Assembly (NCBI GenBank): GCA_000934665.2
Contig: KZ538699.1
Coordinates: 1 to 64,000, forward strand
DNA from: Catajapyx aquilonaris
Lineage: Eukaryota
Direction: 5' to 3'
DNA length: 64,000 nt
Every line of letters starts with the position of its first letter. Position 1 is the first letter of the stretch. The position numbers were made by a program, and so were the translations under genes. The notes beneath the pieces were generated by a model. It was given only the letters and a program-made list of their open reading frames with translations. It did no database searches and was not told the DNA's origin. This document shows positions 24,496 through 36,648 of this stretch, one piece after another.

Positions 24496-26319
24496 TCACT
24501 TTCCCTTCCACTTAAATGTGGATGCCTTGTTCTTAACTGAATTCACCAATTTCGCCAAATCTGGATCTTGTCTCCTCGCCTTTTCATCCCTGCTCTTCTT
24601 CTCTGATACCTGAAAATATATGCAAATTAATAATTAAAGTGGCTCAAACTTTTGGGTCGATTTCCAAATGTATGGAGAGGCGTTCCGTGGTGGGAAAAAC
24701 CATAGATATATACAGGCTCAAAACAGACGATAGCAGCAGCTGCTCTGGCAACTAGCCATTAAGTTTCTGAAACCTGAGCCTCTCACGAAACTTATCATGG
24801 TGTTAAGTTCTATGGAGCTCAGAGGGCCCATGTCACCTAATGTCCTTTTTATCATGTTAATACCTATTGCATTCCCACATTTCCAGCATAATTGCCTAGC
24901 CATTGTAATTTTTCTTGCCTTAGCAATTGGAGAGGGCAGAGTAGCACCTAGTTACTTCCCAAATGCCTAAAGCATCTTAATTTGCAATAAGTAAGGTGCA
25001 CTTTCATCACGTACAATTACATTGAAACCTGTCCATAATGGACCATGAGTATGGGAGAAACATGTTCATGTGGAATTATTTCTGGGAACAAGCATAGGAC
25101 ACAGGACATAGTGACTTACTGGTTTCTCATCCTGCTGTGCTCTTCGCTTGAGTTTTGTTGAAATAATTGCATCCATTGCCTTAGTCTTCTTAAAGCTAGG
25201 GTTAGATGGATCCACATGATAGCTTGCAGACGTGTATATAGCTGAGAAACGTGGATCATCCACGTTGATCTGGAAGTCGTCTTGCTTTGCTGCCTCCACC
25301 TTCTTATCTCCCTTCCTCCTTTTCTTCTTTTTCTTGCTGTCTTTCTCTTCCTCAATTATGGCATCCATGTTGAAGTGCTTTTTGTCATCAGAGTCTCCCA
25401 GCATCATCAATTCAAGCTCAGCATTGTCACTTGGCTGTTCTTCATGCTTCACTTTCTTGTTCTTCTTTCCTTTTGTCTTATTGGCACCTTCCATCTCTGA
25501 CTTGAAATAAGGATCATTCATATCGACATCAGAAGGAATGTCATCATCACTGTACTCTTCATCATTCTCCTTCTTTGCGTCCTCCTTTTGCTTCTTCTTT
25601 GACTTCTTCTTTTCCAGAAATTGTTCCCAAGGTGTCAGTTCAATTTTCTTCTTCTCCATCTGCTTGACCATTTCCTCTGCCTTATCTTTGAGACCAACCT
25701 CCCATGTCACTTCCATCTCCATGTTATTACTTTTCTTCTTGTCTTGTTCTTCTATCCCTTGCAACAGTGCCCTGTACTTTGTCAGCTGGTCCCTCTTGCT
25801 GTTTTCTTCATCATCACTGCCATCTGCAACAGTTGGTTCATCACTTTCACTATCAGAGGCCAAGAAAGCACGAACGTCTTCATCATCAAGATCTTCCTGA
25901 GATTCAAACGCCTTAGAGGTTGTCTGGATTCGATCCGGGTCAGTTTCATCCCAAGTCAGATCAACTTTGGCCTGCTGCAGGGCTGTTGTCACAAAGTAAC
26001 GGGGGTCGTACTTGGTGAGGTTAGGAAGCTTGTCACATCGGTTCTTTGCCTCCTGCATTGAGAATTCAGATTGATCACATTAATGCCACAAGCTCTCAAG
26101 CAGTCATACTTATACTGTACTTTCACCACAGATTAATACATCCCATCTCCAGGCATATTTTTCCAGAGAGATAGACTAATTGTTTCAAAATAATGTTACC
26201 CTCCATTACGATCCCAAATATTATGTGACTCATGACCCAAATGGGGTTGTAATCCACGATTTGGGAAGCACTGCACTAGACACTGTCAGTAATATTTTCA
26301 TGAATTTTCATATAAATGA

Positions 26320-26374
<55 letters not shown>

Positions 26375-28490
26375 TACCCTTTCTAAGGTATAATACCTTT
26401 TGAGGGGGAGTTGCCCCTACAAAACAAGTTTATATAGCACAAACTAATATCCTTTTAACCATACTACTGTGATTTATGTAGATATTAACCAATTCACAAT
26501 TTGAAAATAAATAAATAAATCATAAATAAGTAAATGACGGATTACACTTTGAAATCTGGGATTAGGTAATCACCCTTTGGACTGGACCGGCCGGGTACTC
26601 AGATCTGGTGTGTAGATTTCATCTTTAAATCACAAAAGCTCAGATTTTTATAAAGCGTCAAAAAAAGACGGTGAAGGGAATAAATGTTCATTTTCGTTAG
26701 ATCGCAACATATACATGATATGGCACTGAACTGAGTTGGAGAAGTTTAATTACAATTACTTCACTTTGTGACCAACACACTTAATTTTCTTCATCATAAG
26801 GAAGTTCATAGTCATAAAAATTTCACTCTACTACTAATCATTGTCTTTTGGTTACTTACAGGCAGCCGGTATTAATGGTTATTTTACCCTCAGGGGTATA
26901 TCACTTTGTCTATCGTATAGTGTACATTGCCTGAAAACCCAGACTTAGTTTGATTGGACTTCCTTAAAATTGTATAGTAAAAGTTCATGAAATGTCCAGT
27001 CAGATTTCTATAAATTCACTGCATTAGAAATTAACTCTAATTCAAAGCAGATACCCTCTGCTCAGATATTGTCAATGTATTGCTTCTGTTGTACAGTATC
27101 AATGTTGAAAATGCAAGTAAATACTAATATGGGTTCTGAATTCAACAGCATGTCCTTCAATATTTCAGAATCTCACCCATTAGAATCAAAAGGAGGAAAT
27201 ACGCAAATACCTGATCAAACTCCATATCGTCAGGTATGAAACGAAGGTCGACCTTAGCAGCACTACTCTCATACTCCATTCCATCGCACTCCTCATAGAT
27301 CCGGTTGGCTGCACTAGGTGAGTTGCAAGTGATGACAGCATAGTAGTACTTGAGGCGGTTTAACTGATACTTCCTAAACTTCTCCATCTTTTCTTCATCC
27401 TCTTCTTCTTCTTCTTCTTCGTCTTCTTCTTCATCATCCTTTTCATGTTTTTCTGTAAGAACTTCTTTTGGTCCTTGCGCATCCTCTTCCTTCATTCTTT
27501 CAAGTCCATATTCCGAGGGATATATCTGAAAATTAATAAGATTGAGATTCTTGGAAATCTGTGGCTTCAACCTGTCTGTAAACAATTCACTCTGTGCAAT
27601 GTAAACTTGCACCTTAGACACATCTAACACATGGTTGCTCAATTAACTTGCATGTGATGTCATAATTATACAAATAACGTGGCATGAAAAATCATCTGAA
27701 ATATATTATGAGTAACTGAAAACATTCAAAACAATTATCATGAGGTAATCTCTTTAGGAGTTTAGATGGTCAGTCTTAAATAACCATGAAGGCACATAAC
27801 TTTTGGTTGCACAATAACACTGGACAACAAATTTAGACCTTTTGTGTGTTTCTGTTTCCCAAAGATGCATGAAATGAACCGAGAGTTCTCAAAACTTACC
27901 GCAATAGACTCTATAATTTGTCCTGGTGCAAGAAATGAGTTGAACAAGACAAAGAGATCAGAAGCCTTTATCCTATCCCAGTCCATATTGCAGAGGGCAA
28001 GTCTGCAAGTGACGTCCTCCCCTTCTCCAAGCCTCCCTGCATCCTTGTCCATTTCGCCCCAGTCATGTTCCTCATCCTCTCCCGACTCTTCAGAGGAGCT
28101 CTCCTCATCTGAGGAACTCTCTGATGCCAAGGCAGCTTCGCCTCTGGCGTAGTCAACATCCAGGTCCTTCAGCTTGTCCTTAATGCTCACAGGAACCTCC
28201 TCATCTTCATCACTCGACTCTGGTTCGCTTTTGCCCTCCTTATCTTGAGCTTCATCTTCATCTTCATCAGAGGACGACACATCATAATATTTCTTAAGCT
28301 CTTCCGCAGACTTCTTCATCTGTGGACGACCCCTCTTGTCCACCATGTGGTCTGAGCGAAATCGGTCCTCCTTGAACATTCCCTCAAAACGCTTGTCTAT
28401 CTTGACCTTTCGTTCCGCACGCGGGATCTTCCGGAACTTGGGGTCACTTGGAATGTGAGCAAAGCGCTCATCCTTCAGAAACTCCTCCAT
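24496..28490 (-). CDS. ESF1: ESF1 nucleolar pre-rRNA processing protein (about 650 aa, 4 exons)
   Basis: Exons 27900-28490, 27211-27525, 25120-26052 and 24496-24609. Motifs DERFAHI.SDPKF, KVKIDKRF, VDKRGRP, RLALCNMDWDRIKASDLF, IYPSEYGLERM, RKYQLNRLKYYYAV, VDLTWDETD, and NUC153-type DPRFSAIY..YHVDPSNPSFKKTK. Confidence 0.95.
26319..26374. repeat. (ATT)n microsatellite in an ESF1 intron
   Basis: Directly visible. Confidence 0.97.
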
Positions 28491-30525
28491 CTTCGTTTCC
28501 GTACAGGTACGATCAGCGCCAAGGTTCAATCTTCTGGGAAAGAAACTAAACATTAACATAGTGCGACCGCAGAGAAAAAGCATCTACCCTTCCAGTGTGA
28601 AAGCACCTACTATAGATACTATAACGTATCACTAACATTGTGGTCATACATGTAAATACAGTGCTACTATAAAAGAGTTCTTGTCCTTCACGTGGAATTT
28701 ATAGTAGTCGGAATTAATTGCCATGCACCGTCATTTGCGAGATAAAGCACGTAAAAGTACCTGCAAATCTTACCAAAAAATGTGCACGTGCCAAAAAGCA
28801 TCAAGAGTTTCAAACGATGTTATAGTCTTCACATGGCGATACTTGCACACTAGTGAAGAAGATGCTTGTAGTCCGATCGATACCATACACTTTGCAGAAA
28901 CTGTCTTCACTGCTTTCTGACTCATCAAAATAAATAAGACTGGCTCTCGGTACACGTGATTAAAAAAAATAAATGCAAGGCTCTTTTTGCAGCTCTGTAG
29001 AATAGCCTTGAATTCTAAAGTCAGCTTACATTTACAGTGTATCTAATTATACACACAGGTGGTTCCAATATGGATAACCTCTGGCCTCCCATTAAAAAAT
29101 CCACTGAAAAGTTGATCAACTGTCACATAGCAGGACTTTTCTTTTTATTATTAGATGCATGATGTTGAAATCCATTGACATAAATTAGTGCACCCTATAT
29201 TTTACTAATTTAAAAAATCATGAACGTATTATCACTTTTTCATTGCCGTCATATTCCATTTGCCCTTGAAAATGCAAGCAAGTCTTACCACATGCTGTTC
29301 TATAGGATAAAAAAGATCAATGAAAATAACAGTGTTTCATCATACTTGCACTCATGATTGGAGTGTCACATACTATTTTTACACTCGAATCTTCCGTCAA
29401 AATGATTCAACTGTGAAAAACTCGGTTTCACCAATCGAAATGGAAGAATAAGCAACAGATTGTGACGCCAAATGGCTCTGAAAATGATGTGCGGGTCAAA
29501 TATTATTCAAAAAACATTCAATCTTGCTTTATTTGTGGGATCACTTGCAATTCCTTGTATAACTTACTATCAAAAGGAACAAAGCTCCACTGTGGTGTGT
29601 AGTTTTAAAAAATAACAACAGAAAAATGGTGTTTGCTCAGCGAAAGCACTTTTTCCACCCATCATCTGGTCTATTTACATTGTCTAGTCCACCTCAAAAT
29701 AATTAATAATCACTATGCACATTGTTGAAGAGAATATTACGCAAACTGCTGCGTAAGCAGTTGGCGGAAAATGTGGTGTGACTGAATCAGGACAAAAAAT
29801 CGTTGTGGGTGAATGAATGATCACAGTTGCCAAAATGTAGTGAGTGATTCTGCAAACTGCTGTTTGTCAACTGTATGCAAAATAAATAAAGCCTTGTATA
29901 TACATGACTCACTTTAAGAGTGCAAGAGACTAACTCTTCATTGCACAAACCCAAGTTCAACTCGCTTGAGCAGCCAATGCCGTAATGCTCTTAGTAATTT
30001 TCATCCACATATTTTTGGCACTTCTGTGGATTTCAATGGTCATGTCAAAATTGTTGAAACTACTGATTTGGAAACTAATGTGCAACGTGCTCCCCCATGC
30101 GAGAGGCAGTACTGCAATACAAAATTTGTAAGAAATTGTGCGAACACTTGTGCTCCTGTAATTTTGAAATCGCATTGAATGTTACATTGTTGGCCATAAC
30201 TTGATAAAGATGAACACTCCAATGACAGCAGTGATTTTGATTCCAGTTTTCAGCGCATGCATTTCCTCTTTTCCAAAAATTGGCAAATATTGATGGGAAT
30301 GGGAGGGAACATAGAATAAGGATACCCTTTCCAAAGTGATGCATTTTTGGACTGGCACAGTTTCTCACACCATTCTTTCTCCTTCAAGTCTAAAAAATTG
30401 TCTGTACAGGGTAGTGCTTGTAATACACCAGGGGGCCAAACAGAAAGGAGAATGAAACAAGTAAAAAAACAAGCGAGGCAAACAGTATTTTTAAGGTCAG
30501 GTGATTTCCTTCTTTCAAGTGTCTC

Positions 30526-32893
30526 TCATCTGAGCCAGAGCTTGAGTCTGAGTGCATCCACTCCATTCAAGTAGTAGCGGAACAAGCGCTTATCCCTGAC
30601 GAAGCCAAGGTTCTCATATAGCCTCAGCGCTGGCTTGTTTGTTATCTCTGTCTCCAGAACCACCTGCGGGAATAAGGCATGATAAGTACTCGGAAACGTT
30701 ACACATGCTGTAAATTGCATACCTCATCAGCATCATCTTTTGCCATTGCTCTGATTGCTTTCAAGACCAAGTTTGACCCTGCCAGTACATAAACAGCCCA
30801 TTATTAATCAGTTTACAATTTGAAATGGTCATTCCATTACCTATTTTCCGCTTTCGGTAGTCTTCATCCACAGCCAGCATTGCTATGTAACCTCGTTTCG
30901 CTAGTTTCTTGTGGAAGTCCAGTTTGCAAACTATAGCACCCACGCACTTATCACCGTGCATCGCCTGTAATTAATTGTTATTATTAGTGAACCATATAGA
31001 ATTTTCCATACTGTTCAATATATTTCTGGCATATACCATTTTGTAAAGTTTTGCAACACTTTGGAAAATGACCTAGAACTTGTCACAAGATTTCTTTTTC
31101 CAAACTAAGCATAGCAATCAAAGGACTGCCAATAATGCCAATCAAATTTATCAGTGACAGATTGAAAGGGTACAAGTTCCCTGGAATTCTAGGGATGTTT
31201 CTATTCCAATGTGAATAGACAGCATTGGACATTAGTACATTAATGTGTATTACCAAACATAATTATTGGAAAGCAGAAATCACCTAATTTTCCAGTGAAC
31301 TTTTGAGCCTTGAAACGTCAATCACCTTTATCTCCTAGGCCACAATAGCACTTATTTTGTACCAAATAAGAACCCTGACGTATCACACATCTGTTCAACA
31401 CACTTTTTGACCACCTGCACCTTGTCAGAATTAAGTCTTACTCAGCATTGCATAACCTTTTCCCTACAATAATAATATGATTATTATGGAAATAATATTC
31501 AAGAATCATTCACAGGCAAAATATCTCCTTTTAGCTGCATTAAATGAAAACGCATAATTCAAGAATTCACATGCATGTATATGTTCCAAGTTTTGAAACA
31601 TCCCTTTGACTTTCACCCAAACTCCAACTTTACTGTAAAGCTAATCTACACATTCCATTGCAATGTGTATCTCATACTGCACAACATTATGTCCCTTCAC
31701 AATTTCTAACCCAGGATACACCTGATTGCTTTCCATGCCTTTTAGTCATTGTTTGCAAATAATGCTGACCTTGCTAAAACAAGGAACAATGGTATAATGG
31801 CTAACGTCACAGCCTTCCACCTTCAGGTCCCAAGTTTCATCCCCAGGTTGGGCAGGGCTTCAGAAAACATTTCAAAAAGTTATATTTTCATATGGGAATT
31901 TTCAGGGTTCTCCAAAAACCCTTCTCCCAGTAACCCTCTCTATTCCAGATAGCTTGTAGTGAAACCAAACCTATCTAAAAGTGAAACATGACTATATGGA
32001 TTCCCTCCTGATTATATCACTCCTTTCCTTCTCATATTCCATTAATGTCTGAAATTAACATGAACTGTTTATAAGGCTGTAGAACATAACTGCATGGCGG
32101 CAAATGTATATTATTAATTTCACTGTTCCAGATTTTTCTATCAGCACAAGGTGCAAGGCTTGATCAACTCCTTTGTAGCCTAACATAATACGCTGCAGTT
32201 GGAAACAGCAGATATCAACTCACAACTTGGTGTAACAGCACTGACATGTTCCAGAGAATGTAACAATTTCTAAGTAGAAATATTGAACAGGTGCCTTTTC
32301 AGCCACTTTAAACTCTGAAATTCAAATGACAGCAATTTGGACAACTTGTTAAGGTTAGAATAACGTTAGCGAGGGGAGGTCACTGCACGTTACACTGATT
32401 GGCACGTCTGCTGCCTCCAACCAAGCAGAGTGAACTAGGGGGGGGCAACCCATGATTGTGGTCGTACCAGGAAACAGAGTTTGGGCCAATTGTGTATGAA
32501 GTATCGATAGGTGTATATTGAGTAGGGTTCAGAGAGGTCCTTCTGGATGAGCCCCATGATGGCAGGCATTTGCAGCTCAGACTCGTAGGACACGTAATGG
32601 ACCTCCCCACTGTCCTGCGCCTGTCCTTCCTTCCCCTCCTTGTCCACAGCCACACTCCCCGGCACACCAACAACATTTTCCTCCTCTTCCTCCTTGAAAT
32701 GACTAGTATCACTCCCCCTCGAGTAACCATTCACCACGAGTCCATTAGGAGCATGTTCCGCAGTGGCTGTGGTCCCTCCTCCTCCTCCAAGGTCCAGCTT
32801 GTCCCTCAGCAGCTGCGGGATGTCCTCTGCTGGAGTGGTGCTGGAGTCCACGCAATGCTGCTGCTGGTGCACCGTCGTCGCCTTGACCGACAT
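30526..32893 (-). CDS. NAA30: N-alpha-acetyltransferase 30, NatC catalytic subunit (about 247 aa, 4 exons)
   Basis: Exons 32468-32893, 30841-30964, 30723-30778 and 30526-30663. Motifs [35 protein letters not shown] and [45 protein letters not shown]. Confidence 0.96.
31788..31915 (+). mobile_element. Older degenerate copy of the same tRNA-SINE family, in NAA30 intron 1
   Basis: ggtataatggctaacgtcacagccttccaccttcaggtcccaagtttcatcccc aligns with ggcggagtggttagcgccacagccttccacctctaaggtcccgagttcgatcccc at 5391. A remnant ttttcagggttctcc core follows. Confidence 0.65.
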
Positions 32894-33604
32894 TGCTGTT
32901 GGTGCTGTGGATGTAAACAGCGGGGCTTCCTTGGGCCAGCCAGCCAGCCACAGGGTGAGTCGACGTTCGGATGGGAGGGCGAGTCAGGGGCTGAGTGGGA
33001 CCATGGGCGGCCCTAGGGCCCTGGCGTGAAGGGAGGAGCCAGCATCAGCCAGCCTGAGCGAGGCCATGTTGCATTCGGGCCCTTTTTGCCGAAAGGAATC
33101 ATGGGAAAAAAAACAGGAGGGGGTGGGAGGAGAGGGGGAAGGAGGAGGGGAGGGAGGGAGGGAGGGAAGCGATTGTAGCGCCAGGGGGGTGGGGGGCGGG
33201 CAGTTGGGGAACCAAATGGCGCCTTCCATTCAAAGAGCCAAAGATTGGGATCATGATTGGGATCCATTGTGGGCCTCATCACATGCTGATTGATGGATTC
33301 CAAGTACCAGGACAGGGCAATGCCTCATGGTATCAGGTACTGTAGCTTGGCTCATCAAATGAAAACGGAACCTAACAAATGTACCGGTACGCCGATTGTA
33401 CTTACATGGATGGCCAACCGGCCAGTAGAATTTAGACCTGTTGACCTAATCTCCGAGAAGAGAAATGATAACAATTATTCGTGCATTTCCATGGAGAGCA
33501 CTTTAATTGCATTTTTTCTTTTTCAAAAGGTGGCATCACGCGATCATCTGTATCCTATTCCTCAATTACGGAGTAAACTCATTTAAACTGCGCGACTGTC
33601 TCCA

Positions 33605-34007
33605 CAGGGGCGGATCCAGACTTTCGATTGGGGGGGGNNNNNNNNNNNNNNNNNNNNNNNNNNNNNNNNNNNNNNNNNNNNNNNNNNNNNNNNNNNNNNN
33701 NNNNNNNNNNNNNNNNNNNNNNNNNNNNNNNNNNNNNNNNNNNNNNNNNNNNNNNNNNNNNNNNNNNNNNNNNNNNNNNNNNNNNNNNNNNNNNNNNNNN
33801 NNNNNNNNNNNNNNNNNNNNNNNNNNNNNNNNNNNNNNNNNNNNNNNNNNNNNNNNNNNNNNNNNNNNNNNNNNNNNNNNNNNNNNNNNNNNNNNNNNNN
33901 NNNNNNNNNNNNNNNNNNNNNNNNNNNNNNNNNNNNNNNNNNNNNNNNNNNNNNNNNNNNNNNNNNNNNNNNNNNNNNNNNNNCCCCCCCCCCTGGATCC
34001 GCCCCTG
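33605..34007. mobile_element. MITE-like termini flanking a 346-N assembly gap (33638-33983)
   Basis: caggggcggatccag (33605) and ctggatccgcccctg (ending 34007) are perfect 15-bp inverted repeats, with poly-G and poly-C runs at the gap edges. No target duplication is visible. Confidence 0.6.
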
Positions 34008-35273
34008 TTAAATATTCAAATATCTTGAGACAATGAGTGGAATGTGCTTGTATGAGTCCCTAGTGTCTTGAAAGTGGTACCGGTATGTGTCATGATAAAA
34101 ATGTGGTTAACCCATGAGGAAAAGGGAAGTGGGCCTGTACACCACCGTCCACCCTGGCCTCTTTTGGCACTGCAACTTGTGATATCACCAGTCACAATGA
34201 AAACATGATTCCTGCTGGGCATTTCTGAGCTCTGGAGTCTGGAGTGACTCCACACATTATCTTGAACCATTTGGTCAGCCCTATTAATGTACTGCATATT
34301 TATGCACATTGTTTCTCTCGATTGTAATTCCCTTCAATTTGTGTTAGCTACTCATACTTGAGCTTCTCATCCCTAGAAAGGGTACACCAGATCCTCTCCA
34401 TCAAATATGGTTACAGCAGACAGCCAAATACCACCAGAAATGCCAGTGGAAGGTGATCAACAGGCACCAATTCATGGCCAAGTCATACCTTTAATTGAGG
34501 TGTGGACATGGGAAAGGGAGTAAGTCACAAAATATATTTTTAGTAGCTAGGCTAAAAAAATAATAATAATAAAAACAAAAAACAGAGAGAACACCGTGAA
34601 GCAGATTTTATTACATAAAAGCATTCTTTGTTAGATTTTATCATGAAAAGTCAAAGTAAAAGCACTTTATGGATTTAACATTTAAATGTAGAGTGAACTA
34701 AGTTACATTGTTTTTCTTTTTGAGGCATATTCCTCTTTGTGACTTACACCCTTTCCTGTGTCAATGCTTCAATTGTTGATATTGTCTATTCACAAGTGTC
34801 ATTTATGATTATATGGGGCACCGCTTGTTTCAAATGTTTAAAATTCATATCTTCCTTTTGGAGCAGTAAAAAATTCCAGACTTTTCACTGACATGTTTTT
34901 TCTTACATGTCATGTGGTGTTTTTAAGCTTTAATTTTTGGAACAGTGACCCCTTTGTTTGTTTCCATCTTCCTTAACATGTATACTTCATTTTATTTTGG
35001 TGCAAAAGGCTTGGAGGAGGCATGATTATTATTCTTTGTAATGTGAATAAGTTCAAATCAGATCACATATGACATATGGGCAACCTCCCTTAATTTTGTA
35101 CAGATGTAATTTAACATGTGAATTTGTATGCATTGAACAAATTTTAATCACTTGAAAAACACAGTGATTTTGTAGCATATCCAATGAGTAACAAGTACAC
35201 GTAGCATTTTAATCTGAGCTGGAAAAACTGTAAAATGAAGTTCAAGATGTTAAACTTTTCTTAAACTAACTAA

Positions 35274-35552
35274 AGCCGCGTTTACATGTGAGTGATTTGA
35301 TTGATGATGTCGTCACCCATGAGTTGTAGCGGTTCTGACGTCCTGACCCAGGCGATAGCACTCATACATCGCTTGTGTGTTTACAAACCGGCGATGTGCG
35401 GCAATGTCATTGCCATCGTCTATTTCAAACAGACCTGAGCGATGTCATCGCCGATGCCCTCCCTTCTTAAACGTGATTGCTACTTTCAGCCCAAATTACT
35501 GCTTTCGTTAAGTTTGCATCGCTGATCGAATCGCCCACATGTAAACGCAGCT
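35274..35552. mobile_element. PIF/Harbinger-type MITE downstream of TPRKB
   Basis: TAA|agccgcgtttacatgtg...cacatgtaaacgcagct|TAA: 3-bp TAA duplication, 17-bp TIR with one mismatch, and internal repeated catcg/cgatg motifs. Confidence 0.75.
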
Positions 35553-35728
35553 TAAAATCTATTTACATATGGCTTGCATTGGACTCATTTGACAGTGTTC
35601 TTAAGCAGCATCAAAATGACACTTTTTCAGAAAAATGGATTTTAAAAATAAGTACCATACTAAAAAACCCAAACTTTCGCTCCACACACCACAAGTCCAC
35701 AAAACATACACCACATGTCATATGGTAC

Positions 35729-36378
35729 TCATGCAATGTCTTTCATGGCCATCCTGGTGACCACTGAGTCTAGTAAAGTGGATATCCGGAGCTCTTGCTC
35801 CGTCACTTTGAATAGTTTCTTGATTACATCGGTGCTTGAGAACTGTCCAACTTCATCCAGGCTGCATCTTTGTCCTTTCACAACAGACTCCACTTCTGAT
35901 ACTTTGCTTTCGTCTAAGACAATTGCCACTAATTCATGATCATCATCACCTACTCCAAACCTCTTCAACGACTCAGTTATCTGCAAGTGCACAAACATGT
36001 CATTATCTGAATCACAGTTTCTGAATAAAGTGTTGCCTACTGCTCAAATTACATTCTTGGTTGGTGACAAGGCGTAAAGTATTTCTGTGAACACGGTCCT
36101 CGTGATCATCTTCTTGGCCGCCTGGTTGTGAAGCGACTTGTTCACAGCCACATCCAGTTGAAACTCATCCAGAACCTGAAAATGTCGCACATTGAGAGTG
36201 CAACTCCCTGCAAATAACGAGCGAGCACCTTTACCATGCTGGCTTTGACCAGCGCACACTCCAGCCGACCCTTCATCGCCATCTCCCTCAACTCGGACGC
36301 ATTCTGGACGTCCCGAAAGAGGATTTTGGTCGCCTGGACATCACCGGACAACGAGGGTTGCTCACTGGAAGCCGCCAT
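35729..36378 (-). CDS. TPRKB: EKC/KEOPS complex subunit TPRKB (CGI-121), about 172 aa, 3 exons
   Basis: Exons 36235-36378, 36053-36175 and 35729-35980. Motifs LFRDVQNASELR, VAVNKSLH..KMITRTVFTEILYALSPTKNITESLKRFG and LLDSVVTRMAMKD. Confidence 0.95.
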
Positions 36379-36648
36379 CTTCCCTGTGACGTCACAAACA
36401 AGGCTCGTCATTTTGTGGCGGGCAAGTTAAATGTTCCACGTGTAGCTAAAAACATGCATTGTAATTAATTACATTATTGTTAATTGTTAATTTGTACTGC
36501 ACGGTTTTGCAACACTTAGTCCCTGCCTGGCCACCCTGTGCCAATATGGCCGCGCCCTCGTAGCCGACTGCAGCCGTCTATTTTGCCTGCTTGCTGATAT
36601 TCCACCGGCTTTGATCGTCGTTGCTCACACTTCGGAACCGATTAATCA
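36371..36648. promoter_or_regulatory. Probable bidirectional promoter for TPRKB (-) and COA6 (+), including a putative non-coding first exon of COA6
   Basis: YY1-like AAGATGGCGG on the minus strand over the TPRKB ATG, palindromic CRE TGTGACGTCACA at 36385-36396, AATATGGCCG on the plus strand at 36543, and splice donor cag|gtaatc at 36648/36649. Confidence 0.5.

Noticed and set aside
25232..26061. Plus-strand Ser/Phe/Leu-rich ORFs
   Set aside because: They are antisense shadows of the Lys/Glu/Asp-rich ESF1 exon. The same applies to ORFs opposite ANKMY1 and NAA30.
24920..26800. Intronic C/D snoRNAs in ESF1 (RTGATGA on the minus strand near 25004 and 26791)
   Set aside because: No D box or terminal stem was found at a suitable distance.
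33507..34028. ORFs spanning the N run
   Set aside because: They are artefacts of the assembly gap.
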